Under the pieces are notes generated by a model that worked only from the letters and a program-made list of their open reading frames with translations, had not been told where the DNA came from and did no database searches. This document shows positions 39,614-48,819 of a stretch of 64,000 nucleotides of DNA, one piece after another. The first letter of the stretch is position 1, and each line of letters begins with the position of its first letter. The translations under genes and the position numbers were made by a program. The stretch spans positions 61,196 through 125,195 of the forward strand of contig CAJIYP010000004.1 of the NCBI GenBank assembly GCA_905181705.1, read 5' to 3'. The stretch is from Cryomorphaceae bacterium BACL29 MAG-121220-bin8 (GTDB lineage Bacteria; Bacteroidota; Bacteroidia; Flavobacteriales; Flavobacteriaceae).

Positions 39614-41080
39614 ATGAAAAATAAATTTTTTAATAACTTATTATTAACCGTTCTATCTCTTGGCTTTATTGGGTGTGAAGATTATGTTGATTACGAAGCA
39701 TCTGAAGGATACACTATTGTTGCAGATGATTATTTTAAAACTTCTGCGGATTATGAAGCGGCATTAGTTGGAACTTACGATGTTCTTCAATGGAACATAT
39801 ACAGCGTAATGATAGGAGATATTGCTTCTGATAATTCATTCTGTGGAGGAGAGAGTGCTACTGACGTTATAGGAATGCAAAAAATTGACGACATGATTCA
39901 TGTTCCTAATAACGATCAGTTAACAAGCACATGGAAATGGTTGTATGAAGGTATTAATAGAGCCAACTACATGATTGAAAATAAAGATAAACTTGATTTT
40001 TCAAGAAAAGCTGAACTTTATGGTGAGGTACATTTTTTAAGAGCTTATTACTATTTTGAGTTAGTTAAAATTTTTGGTGACGTACCATTGTTTACTGATT
40101 CAAGATTAACTGCGTCTGATTCGAATACTTTAACAAGAGCTCCTAAAGCTTCAGTGTACGCTCAAATAGAAACAGATCTTAAAGCTGCAATTGCAGCACT
40201 TCCTGCTGAAAAAAGTACAGATGGAAGAGCAACAGCTTTTACTAGTCATGCTTTATTAGGCAAGGTTTACTTGTATCAAGATAAATTTACAGAAGCTGCT
40301 GATATTTTGGAACCATTAATTGGCCTTTATACATTACCGTCAAGCCTGCAATCTGTATTTTATAATTCCGGACAAAATGGTCCAGAGTCAGTCTTTGAAG
40401 TCCAGCATTCAAAAAATTCTAACTGGTACGACTGGGGATTCCCACAAGGGTCAGAAGGTAGCTTTGCTATAATTCATCACGGACCAAGAGGATATAATGG
40501 GTCTGTTTATGCCTCTGGTTGGAGTTTTAATGTACCAACTCAGGATCTTTATGATTCATATGATGTAACCGATACAAGAAGAGGTGTTGCTATTTTAGAT
40601 ATTGAGGCTTGGGCTGAAAGTACTGGTGCTGAATATTCTAAAGGATATGAGCACACAGGATACTTTAATCACAAATATATTCCTAGAGCTGGTTTAAGTG
40701 GCGCTCAACAAGAGTTAAATTATGGAATTAATTTTAGAGCCATTCGATATGCAGATGTTTTATTAATGGCTGCTGAAGCTAATAATAGAAAATCTTCCGC
40801 AAATGATACAAAGGCTCAAAATTATCTGAATCAAGTTAGAGCTAGAGCTTTCGCAGGGGGGTCTAATGCTTCCTCATCTATTGGTCCAGTTTTGACTAAA
40901 GAAATATGGGACGAAAGAAGATTAGAGTTAGCTATGGAAGGTCATAGATTTTTTGACTTGGTTAGAACTGGAGAAGCTGCTGCTACAATCGCTGGATTTG
41001 TCACAGGAAAACATGAAGTTTTTCCAATACCACAAACTGAAATTGATATTTCTGGATTAACTCAAAATTCTGGATACTAA
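39614..41080 (+). CDS. susD: SusD/RagB-family glycan-binding outer-membrane lipoprotein
   Basis: 488 aa. Lipoprotein signal (LSLGFIGC). Lies directly downstream of SusC. SusD-like helical/TPR pattern (EVHFLRAYYYFELVKIFGDVPL, RLELAMEGHRFFDLVR). Confidence 0.9.
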   Translation: MKNKFFNNLLLTVLSLGFIGCEDYVDYEASEGYTIVADDYFKTSADYEAALVGTYDVLQWNIYSVMIGDIASDNSFCGGESATDVIGMQKIDDMIHVPNNDQLTSTWKWLYEGINRANYMIENKDKLDFSRKAELYGEVHFLRAYYYFELVKIFGDVPLFTDSRLTASDSNTLTRAPKASVYAQIETDLKAAIAALPAEKSTDGRATAFTSHALLGKVYLYQDKFTEAADILEPLIGLYTLPSSLQSVFYNSGQNGPESVFEVQHSKNSNWYDWGFPQGSEGSFAIIHHGPRGYNGSVYASGWSFNVPTQDLYDSYDVTDTRRGVAILDIEAWAESTGAEYSKGYEHTGYFNHKYIPRAGLSGAQQELNYGINFRAIRYADVLLMAAEANNRKSSANDTKAQNYLNQVRARAFAGGSNASSSIGPVLTKEIWDERRLELAMEGHRFFDLVRTGEAAATIAGFVTGKHEVFPIPQTEIDISGLTQNSGY

Positions 41081-41092
41081 AACATAATAAAT

Positions 41093-43624
41093 ATGAAAAC
41101 TATATACAAAATATTTACATCACTTTTCTTTTTAATAGCATTTATTGGCTGTCAGGAAGATTTTCTAGAAGAAACAGACTTTGGAATAGTTGCTCCTTCA
41201 AACGTTTCGGCTAATTTTGTAATAACTCAAGATAATACAGGTTTAGTTACCATTACCCCTCAGGCAGATGGTGTTCTTCATTACGATATTACTTCTTTTG
41301 GAGACGGTTCTGACGGAGTTGAAGGAATAAAACCAGGTGCTAGTGTACAACATACATTTGCTGAAGGTTCATATGACATTCAAATTACAGCAACTGGATT
41401 AAATAATTTAAAAACATCTAGTACTGTTCCTTTGCAAGTATCTTTTAAAGCTCCTGAAAATTTAGAATTAAAACTAGTTACTGATGCTTTAACTCTTACA
41501 GTTTCAGCAACTGCAGATTTTGCAGCGTACTTTCATGTATATTTTGGAATAGATGGAGAAGACCCAGTTGAATTAGCTGTTGATGGATCTGTTAGTAACA
41601 CTTATTCAACAGGTGGAGATTATGATGTTAAAGTAATCGCATTTAGTGGTGGAACTGCAACAACTGAGAAAACTGAAACTGTGACTATGTTCACTGAAAC
41701 TATTTTGCCGATTGATTTTGAAAGTTTTGATAAAAGTGTTTTTATTAGTTTCGGAGGAACAAGCAATGATGTAATTGCTAATCCTGATACAACGGGAAAT
41801 ACTTCAGCTACAGTTGGAAAAGTAACAAAAGGTGCTGGCGAAGTTTGGGCTGGGAATGTTATAACTACAACAAATCCTATTGCTGATCTTGCTGTTAAAA
41901 ATCAAATAAAGTTAAAAGTATGGTCATCAAGAGCTGGAAGCACTATGACTATGAAGTTAGAAAATATTGATGATGCTAATATTAACAGTGGAGAAATCAC
42001 TGTTCCTGTTGTTGGCAATAGTGCTTGGGAAGAAGTAGTTTTTGATATGAGCGCAATTGATTCCAGCAAGGAATATAGAAAAATCGTATGGTTTTTTGAT
42101 TTAGGTACTCAAGGTGAAGGCGGTGATGCATGGACTTTTTATGTAGACGATTTTTCACAAACTGCTAAAGTTACTGAACCTTTGGCTGCTGCACCAGCGC
42201 CTATTGCTCACCCTGACAATGTTGTTTCTATTTTTAGTGACAGTTACTCAGATGTTAATCTATCTGAAGCATGGAATCCTAATTGGGGACAATCAACGAC
42301 TATGGAGACTGTGAAAATCAATGGTAATGAAACTCTATTGTATCAAAACCTAAACTATAGTGGTATTGTAACTAATTACGACCCAGGAACTTCATTAGCT
42401 GGAAAAACATACGTCCATTTTGATTATTGGACTTTAGATGCCACTAAACTTGGTTTAAAATTAGTTAATACTAGTTATGGAGATGGTGATTCTAAAAAAG
42501 AAGCTATAGTAAATGTTTCATCTATTACAAAAGGTGAATGGGTAAGCGTAGATATACCCTTAACAGAATACACTAATGATACATCTAAATTCATGCAATT
42601 GGTTTGGGATGGTGCTGCTGGAAAAATTTGGATTGATAATCTTTATTTTTATAATGAACCAGGTGATGCTCCTGTAGCTGCTCCTACAGCTCCAACAGCT
42701 GCTGCTGCTGATGTTGTTTCTATATATAGTGACAGTTACACAGATGTTTCTATTGAAGCATGGAATCCAAATTGGGGACAAACAACAACAATGGAGACTG
42801 TAACTATTTCTGGTAATAGTATCTTAAAATATTCTAATTTGAATTATTCAGGAATTGTTACAAATTATGATCCTGGAACTGATATTAGTGGGATGACCTA
42901 TGTTCATTTTGATTATTGGACTAATGATGCTACAAAACTTGGTTTAAAATTAGTTAATACTAGCTATGCAGATGGTGATCCTAAAAAAGAAGCTCTTGCA
43001 TCAGTGTCTTCCATTGTAAAAGGTGGATGGGTAAGTGTAGATATTCCACTTTCAGATTATACGAATGATACATCAAAATTCATGCAACTAGTATTGGATG
43101 GCGATGGAACAGTTTATATAGATAATTTATATTTCTTTGATAATAAACCTACAGTTGCTCCTGCAGCACCAACAGCTGCTGCTGCTGATGTTGTTTCTAT
43201 ATATAGTGACAGTTACACAGATGTTTCTATTGAAGCATGGAATCCAAATTGGGGACAAACAACAACAATGGAGACTGTAACTATTTCTGGTAATAGTATC
43301 TTAAAATATTCTAGTTTGAATTATTCAGGAATTGTTACAAATTATAATCCTGGAACTGATATTAGCGGAATGACCCATGTTCGTTTCGATTATTGGACTT
43401 TAGATACCACTAAACTGGGTTTAAAATTAGTTAATACTAGCTATGAGGATGGTGATCCTAAAAAAGAAGCTTTAGCAAGTGTTTCTGCAATATCTAAAGG
43501 TAAATGGGTAAGCGTTGAAATTCCACTTTCAGACTATACTAATGATGCTTCTAAATTCATGCAATTAGTATGGGATGGTAATGGAGACGTTTATATAGAT
43601 AATTTATACTTTGTTAAAAAATAA
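41093..43624 (+). CDS. surface glycan-binding lipoprotein: 2 Ig/PKD-like modules, 1 CBM-like beta-sandwich, and 3 tandem CBM-like modules
   Basis: 843 aa with lipobox LIAFIGC. Modular repeats are visible directly in the translation. Occupies the SusE/F-type position after SusD. Confidence 0.7.
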   Translation: MKTIYKIFTSLFFLIAFIGCQEDFLEETDFGIVAPSNVSANFVITQDNTGLVTITPQADGVLHYDITSFGDGSDGVEGIKPGASVQHTFAEGSYDIQITATGLNNLKTSSTVPLQVSFKAPENLELKLVTDALTLTVSATADFAAYFHVYFGIDGEDPVELAVDGSVSNTYSTGGDYDVKVIAFSGGTATTEKTETVTMFTETILPIDFESFDKSVFISFGGTSNDVIANPDTTGNTSATVGKVTKGAGEVWAGNVITTTNPIADLAVKNQIKLKVWSSRAGSTMTMKLENIDDANINSGEITVPVVGNSAWEEVVFDMSAIDSSKEYRKIVWFFDLGTQGEGGDAWTFYVDDFSQTAKVTEPLAAAPAPIAHPDNVVSIFSDSYSDVNLSEAWNPNWGQSTTMETVKINGNETLLYQNLNYSGIVTNYDPGTSLAGKTYVHFDYWTLDATKLGLKLVNTSYGDGDSKKEAIVNVSSITKGEWVSVDIPLTEYTNDTSKFMQLVWDGAAGKIWIDNLYFYNEPGDAPVAAPTAPTAAAADVVSIYSDSYTDVSIEAWNPNWGQTTTMETVTISGNSILKYSNLNYSGIVTNYDPGTDISGMTYVHFDYWTNDATKLGLKLVNTSYADGDPKKEALASVSSIVKGGWVSVDIPLSDYTNDTSKFMQLVLDGDGTVYIDNLYFFDNKPTVAPAAPTAAAADVVSIYSDSYTDVSIEAWNPNWGQTTTMETVTISGNSILKYSSLNYSGIVTNYNPGTDISGMTHVRFDYWTLDTTKLGLKLVNTSYEDGDPKKEALASVSAISKGKWVSVEIPLSDYTNDASKFMQLVWDGNGDVYIDNLYFVKK
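42179..43621 (+). repeat. three in-frame tandem coding repeats (about 492, 477 and 474 bp), including a 145-bp perfect duplicate (42692-42836 = 43169-43313)
   Basis: Direct comparison of the DNA lines. Unit 2 and unit 3 are offset by exactly 477 bp. Proline/alanine linkers (AAPAP…, APVAAPTAPTAAAAD, VAPAAPTAAAAD) separate the units. Confidence 0.9.
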
Positions 43625-43644
43625 AATATTAAACTTTATTAATT

Positions 43645-44526
43645 ATGAAAAAAATAAAAATTATATATCGATCAATTCTAATTCTATCTATACTTTCTTT
43701 TATAGGCTGCGAGGAAGAAAATTATGTATTAGGTAATATAGTGGCTCCTTCAAATCTCGAAATTTCCGCTGAAATAGTTGGAGTTGATCAAGATAATCCT
43801 AATGGAGATGGCAGTGGAACCGTTCACTTTAACTTTAGTGCTAATGATGCAATAACATATAAATATATATTTGATGGCGTTGAGACTTTAGTTCCCTCTG
43901 GAAAACATACAATTAATTTTAGTGTTACAGGAACGCATACTTACATAGTGACTGCTGTAGCAATTGGTTCGGGTGGGTCTACGTCAACCAAATCTATTGA
44001 TGTTACAGTTTTTGCAAACTATTCCCCTCAACCAGTATTTTTGACAAATTTGACTAGTAATTCATCTAGAACTTGGAAACAAAATACAGATGTTGGAGGA
44101 TACGTTGGTGTGGGGCCAGCAGGAGGTGATGCTCCTATTTGGTATACTGCAGATCCTAATTCAAGAGCTGACACTGGCGCTGATGATGATACATGGACTT
44201 TTACTTTAGGTGATAAAAGTTTTAGACATGTGACAAATGGTGGTACTGCTGTAAAGTTTGAATATGCTGGAGATCTTCCAGGTGGAATTGATAATCCAGT
44301 CGATGATACACATAAAAATTTCGTTTTAGAAAATTATACTGAAAAATGGAATGTAACAGCACCAGGAGGTGTTGAAACAATATCTTTGACGGGTTATGGT
44401 TTCTTTTCACTGTATACAGGAACTCATGATTATACGATTGTTTTTCCAACCAGTAACACTATGGAACTTACGACAGTTGATGCCAATGGAAGAAAGTGGT
44501 ATTATAAATTAATTGCAGTTGAATAA
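43645..44526 (+). CDS. PKD-like lipoprotein with an uncharacterised C-terminal beta-rich domain (paralogue of the GH16 N-terminal half)
   Basis: 293 aa with lipobox LSFIGC. Its Ig-like module and its SSRTWK…DDTWTF…GYGFFSLYTGTHDYTI domain align by eye with residues ~40-305 of the downstream GH16. Confidence 0.6.
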   Translation: MKKIKIIYRSILILSILSFIGCEEENYVLGNIVAPSNLEISAEIVGVDQDNPNGDGSGTVHFNFSANDAITYKYIFDGVETLVPSGKHTINFSVTGTHTYIVTAVAIGSGGSTSTKSIDVTVFANYSPQPVFLTNLTSNSSRTWKQNTDVGGYVGVGPAGGDAPIWYTADPNSRADTGADDDTWTFTLGDKSFRHVTNGGTAVKFEYAGDLPGGIDNPVDDTHKNFVLENYTEKWNVTAPGGVETISLTGYGFFSLYTGTHDYTIVFPTSNTMELTTVDANGRKWYYKLIAVE

Positions 44527-44544
44527 AGTTTGTTTAATTTTATT

Positions 44545-44591
44545 AAAGCCTGGAAAAAATGATGTCATATCGTTATTTTCCAGGCTTTTTT
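44545..44591 (+). terminator. rho-independent terminator separating the susC-to-PKD unit from GH16-GH3
   Basis: 11-bp stem AGCCTGGAAAA/TTTTCCAGGCT (44547-44557 with 44576-44586), an 18-nt loop, then a T-run. Confidence 0.7.
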
Positions 44592-44664
44592 AAGCATAAT
44601 TCAATTTTATTTTTTTAATAGAAATTTTCAATCCTATTTTAGCATCTAAATTTTAATAACTTCA

Positions 44665-46293
44665 ATGCATAAATTCTTTAATTTTTTTAAATTATCCAAA
44701 ACTAAGCTTGTAGTTTTAGTTATTCTTTTAATCTCATGTTCTGGAAGTTCATCTGAAGAAGAAGGTTTGGGACCTGTTGATCCAGTAGAGATTATTCCCT
44801 CTGATTTATCTTTATCTATTAATATAACCGGGAAAGATGATAGCCATCCAAATGGAGATGGCTTTGGTGTAGTAGAATTTACTGCAAATGCAACTAATGC
44901 AGTTTCATATAGCTTCAGATTTGGGACAGGGGATTCTAAAAATACTTCGGGAAAAACCAAATATACTTATACTGACGTGGGAACTAAGACTTACGACATA
45001 AAGGTTTTGGCATATTCAAGTACTAATAATTACACCACCATAGATAAAAAAATAACTGTTTATGTAAAGCCTGACTCTGAGCAAGGTTTATTAGAACTGC
45101 TCGCTGGAAGTTCTTCCAAAACTTGGAAAATTAATGCAGCTCAAGACGCACATTTTTCAAATGGAACTCCAGATAAAAAATATTCAACCTATTGGGAAGC
45201 GTCTGCTTTTTCTAAAAGTAATTCTGGTTTTTATGATGACGAATATATCTTTAATGTGGACGGTACTTATAAACACAAGACTAATAAAACTATTTATGGA
45301 AAAGCAGGTCATCTTACAAATGATTTTGGTTCCACATCTCAATCTGCCAATTCAGCTGGTGAAATTGAGAACTATCCATTAGACGATTATCAAACTACTT
45401 TTGTAGCTAAGAAAGATGGAGATTTAAATAAATTAGAAATAAACGGAAAAGGTTTTATTGGTTTTTATATTGGCCAGCATAATTACACAATCGAGTGTTA
45501 TGATTCTGATAATATATATTTAAGAGCTCAAGACGATGAAGAGAATGTAGCGTGGTATGTTTGGCTTACGGCAAAAACAGTTTCCGAAATTCATCCAATA
45601 GATCAGTTTACGAATCTAATTTGGTCTGATGAGTTTGCTAATCCAGGAGCTCTTGATTCAAATAAGTGGGTTCATGAAGTTGGCGATTCATGGTATAATA
45701 ATGAGGTCCAGTCTTATACTTCTAGATTAGACAATTCTAAAGTAGAGGACGGAAAATTAAAAATCATTGCTAAAAAAGAATCATACAATGGAAATAATTA
45801 TACTTCAGCAAGAATTATTTCTAATACAAAAATGGATTTCACTTACGGAAGGGTAGACATCAAAGCAAAAATCCCTGGAACCAAGGGAACATGGCCAGCC
45901 TTATGGTTACTTGGTTCTAATTTTAAAACAGTCACATGGCCTAAGTGTGGAGAAATAGACGTTTTAGAAGCTGCACAATCTAATAATTTTAGAGTTCAAT
46001 CTACTGTTCATCATCCTGACAATTATGGGGAAGGAGATAGTCATATCTCTAATGAATACACTGATATTACAGAAAAATTTCATGTTTATTCGTTGGTTTG
46101 GACTAAGCAAGCTTTGACATTTTATGTAGATGATAAGCCTCATCATATAGTGGGAAATTCATGTGCCCTTCCCTTTAATTGGAATCAGTTTATAATATTA
46201 AATGTGGCCGTGGGTGGAACAATGGGAGGAGAAATTTCCTCAGATTTTGTTAGTGATACTATGGAAATAGAATATGTTAGAATTTATCAATAA
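44665..46293 (+). CDS. GH16 endo-beta-1,3-glucanase (laminarinase) lipoprotein with an N-terminal Ig-like module and an uncharacterised domain
   Basis: Lipobox LLISC. GH16 catalytic motif EIDVLE within WPKCGEIDVLEAAQ. Other typical motifs are NLIWSDEF, YTSARI and GTWPALWLLG. Confidence 0.9.
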   Translation: MHKFFNFFKLSKTKLVVLVILLISCSGSSSEEEGLGPVDPVEIIPSDLSLSINITGKDDSHPNGDGFGVVEFTANATNAVSYSFRFGTGDSKNTSGKTKYTYTDVGTKTYDIKVLAYSSTNNYTTIDKKITVYVKPDSEQGLLELLAGSSSKTWKINAAQDAHFSNGTPDKKYSTYWEASAFSKSNSGFYDDEYIFNVDGTYKHKTNKTIYGKAGHLTNDFGSTSQSANSAGEIENYPLDDYQTTFVAKKDGDLNKLEINGKGFIGFYIGQHNYTIECYDSDNIYLRAQDDEENVAWYVWLTAKTVSEIHPIDQFTNLIWSDEFANPGALDSNKWVHEVGDSWYNNEVQSYTSRLDNSKVEDGKLKIIAKKESYNGNNYTSARIISNTKMDFTYGRVDIKAKIPGTKGTWPALWLLGSNFKTVTWPKCGEIDVLEAAQSNNFRVQSTVHHPDNYGEGDSHISNEYTDITEKFHVYSLVWTKQALTFYVDDKPHHIVGNSCALPFNWNQFIILNVAVGGTMGGEISSDFVSDTMEIEYVRIYQ

Positions 46294-46304
46294 ATAAAAA
46301 AATA

Positions 46305-48590
46305 ATGAAAAAATACTGTATTATACTTACAATAATATTGACATTAAATGGTTGTCAGAAAAATTCAAATAATTTCACAGATAGTGCTATTGCTATAAAT
46401 AAAAAGGTTGATTCGCTTTTAAAGATCATGACTCTTGATGAAAAAATTGGACAAATGAATCAATACAATGGTTTTTGGGATGTTACTGGGCCAACTCCAA
46501 AAAATGGAGATGCTAAACTTAAGTTTAATAATCTAAAAAAAGGTTTAGTAGGATCTATGTTGAATGTAAGAGGAGTTAAAGAAATTACTGCTCTTCAAAA
46601 AATAGCTGTGGAAGAAACTAGATTAGGAATTCCTTTAATAATTGGAAATGATGTAATTCACGGTTATAAAACTTTAAGTCCTATTCCATTAGCTGAAGCC
46701 GCTAGTTGGGATTTGAAAGAAATTGAAAATTCCGCAAGAATTGCAGCAAGAGAAGCATCTGCAGCTGGCACAAACTGGACATTTGCTCCTATGGTTGATA
46801 TTTCAAGAGATGCCAGGTGGGGTAGAGTGATGGAAGGAGCAGGTGAGGATCCTTTTTTAGGAAGTTTAATAGCAGCAGCAAGAGTTAGAGGCTTTCAGGG
46901 TAAGGATCTTTCTAAACATAATACCATTGCCGCTACTGCCAAACACTTTGCAGGATATGGTTTCTCTGAATCAGGAAGAGACTATAATACAGTTGATATA
47001 AGCAAAAACACTTTATATAATGTTGTTTTTCCTCCTTTCATGGCTACAGTGGATGCTGGTGTTAGAACTTTTATGAACGGCTTTAACGAATTAGACGGAG
47101 TCCCAGTTACAGGTAGTTCATTTTTACAAAGAGATATTTTGAAAGGAGATTGGAAATTTGATGGTTTTGTAATCTCAGATTGGGGTTCTATTAAAGAAAT
47201 GATTCCACACGGCTATGCAAGAGATGGGGAACATGCAACAGAACTTGCGATTAAAGCAGGATCTGATATGGACATGGAGTCTCATCTTTATATTAAAAAA
47301 ATTAAAGGACTAATAGAATCTAAAAAATTAGATATAAAACTAATTGATGATGCAGTTAGTAGAATTTTAAGAGTAAAATTTGAACTGGGACTATTTGAGG
47401 ATCCTTACAGGTATTTAGATGCAGAAAGAGAAAAAGAAGTTTTATATCATCCTGATAATCAAAAAGGGGTTTTAGAAATGGCAAAAAAATCTATAGTTCT
47501 TCTAAAAAATGACAATCAGCTTCTACCTTTAAAAAAGAAAAATCAGACCATAGCATTAATTGGAGCCTTAGCTAATGATAATAATAGTCCACTGGGAAAC
47601 TGGAGAACGAATTCGGATAACAATACTGCCATTACTGTTTTAGAGGGAATGAAAGCTTATCCAAACAATACTTTGATTTACAGTAAGGGTGCGGATGTAA
47701 ATTTAAATGCAGGTGGGATTGTAAAATTTCATGAAAAAGTTGAGATTAATGAAAATGATAAATCTGGTTTTAATGCAGCTAAAAATGCAGCTAGAAATGC
47801 AGATGTTGTAATAATGGTTCTTGGAGAGGATGGATTCCAGTCTGGAGAAGGAAGAAGCAGAACTGATATTGGTTTACCCGGCGTTCAACAAGAATTACTT
47901 GAGGAAGTTTATAAAGTAAATAAGAATATAGTTTTGGTCTTAATGAATGGAAGACCATTAAATATTAATTGGGCAGATAATAATATACCATCTATTGTAG
48001 AAGCATGGCAATTAGGATCTCAAACTGGAAATGCAGTTGCTCAAGTTCTTTATGGAGATTATAACCCAAGTGGAAAATTACCCATGAGCTTTCCTAGAAG
48101 CGTAGGACAAATTCCTATTTATTATAATTATAAAAATACAGGAAGACCTGGGCCAGCTAATGCGGTTTTTTGGTCTCATTACAATGATGAAGTTAATACC
48201 CCTTTATATCCTTTTGGATACGGATTAAGTTATACTTCTTTTAAATATTCTGATTTAAAAATTGACAATAAAACTCTTTCTAATAATAATTCAATAAATG
48301 TTTCTGTAAACCTTGAAAACTCAGGAGAATTTAAAGGAAAAGAAGTAGTTCAGTTATACATTAGAGACAAATTTGCTAGTGTAACGAGGCCTGTTAGAGA
48401 GCTTAAAGGATTTGAAATGGTTGAATTAAGTCCAGGAGAGAGTAAAGTAGTTTCTTTTGAAATATCTGAATCTTTATTAAAATTTTATTCAGCAAACGAA
48501 GTTTGGGAATCCGAATCCGGATTTTTTGATATTTTTATTGGAACTGACTCAAATGCTAGTTTTCAAGAAACATTTGAATTAACGAAATAA
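46305..48590 (+). CDS. bglX: GH3 beta-glucosidase / exo-beta-1,3-glucosidase (BglX-like)
   Basis: 761 aa. GH3 motifs KHFAGYG and GFVISDW (nucleophile Asp), plus a C-terminal FnIII-like domain. Confidence 0.9.
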   Translation: MKKYCIILTIILTLNGCQKNSNNFTDSAIAINKKVDSLLKIMTLDEKIGQMNQYNGFWDVTGPTPKNGDAKLKFNNLKKGLVGSMLNVRGVKEITALQKIAVEETRLGIPLIIGNDVIHGYKTLSPIPLAEAASWDLKEIENSARIAAREASAAGTNWTFAPMVDISRDARWGRVMEGAGEDPFLGSLIAAARVRGFQGKDLSKHNTIAATAKHFAGYGFSESGRDYNTVDISKNTLYNVVFPPFMATVDAGVRTFMNGFNELDGVPVTGSSFLQRDILKGDWKFDGFVISDWGSIKEMIPHGYARDGEHATELAIKAGSDMDMESHLYIKKIKGLIESKKLDIKLIDDAVSRILRVKFELGLFEDPYRYLDAEREKEVLYHPDNQKGVLEMAKKSIVLLKNDNQLLPLKKKNQTIALIGALANDNNSPLGNWRTNSDNNTAITVLEGMKAYPNNTLIYSKGADVNLNAGGIVKFHEKVEINENDKSGFNAAKNAARNADVVIMVLGEDGFQSGEGRSRTDIGLPGVQQELLEEVYKVNKNIVLVLMNGRPLNINWADNNIPSIVEAWQLGSQTGNAVAQVLYGDYNPSGKLPMSFPRSVGQIPIYYNYKNTGRPGPANAVFWSHYNDEVNTPLYPFGYGLSYTSFKYSDLKIDNKTLSNNNSINVSVNLENSGEFKGKEVVQLYIRDKFASVTRPVRELKGFEMVELSPGESKVVSFEISESLLKFYSANEVWESESGFFDIFIGTDSNASFQETFELTK

Positions 48591-48610
48591 GTTAGTATGA
48601 ATTTCACTAA

Positions 48611-48787
48611 AAACTTTATGTAGATGCAACAGACGGGAAACAAACACCACCCACAGCGCAGACAGATTTAACAGTAAAAACATTAGCTGTAGCATTAGAC
48701 GCTGCTACTACGTATTACTGGAGAGTGAAAACATCGGATGGAACAAACAGTAGTTACTCCATTGTTTATTCATTTAAAACAGAATAA
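48611..48787 (+). pseudogene. start-less C-terminal remnant of a beta-sandwich (FN3/Ig-like) secreted protein gene
   Basis: 58 sense codons (KLYVDATDGKQTPPTAQTDLTVKTLAVALDAATTYYWRVKTSDGTNSSYSIVYSFKTE*) lie directly after an in-frame TAA. There is no start codon. The stretch is locally richer in G+C than its surroundings. Confidence 0.45.
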
Positions 48788-48819
48788 AGTTTGTAATTTA
48801 GAAATATTATTTTCTTGTT

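Noticed and set aside
42179-43621. Regularly spaced direct repeats that could be mistaken for a CRISPR or satellite array.
   Set aside because: The units are ~474-492 bp long and in frame inside an 843-aa ORF, and they encode homologous protein modules. There is no short repeat/spacer structure and there are no cas genes.
48597-48623. Micro-ORF MNFTKNFM immediately after GH3.
   Set aside because: It has 8 codons, no ribosome-binding context that I could recognise, and no conservation argument. It overlaps the start of the gene-remnant region.
31096-48800. A tRNA-Arg-flanked genomic island containing the Rieske gene, symporter and PUL.
   Set aside because: There is no integrase, recombinase or transposase. 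I could not find a direct repeat of the tRNA 3' end near 48.6-48.8 kb. The composition difference is only a visual impression. I kept the tRNA packing and the gene remnant as separate observations.
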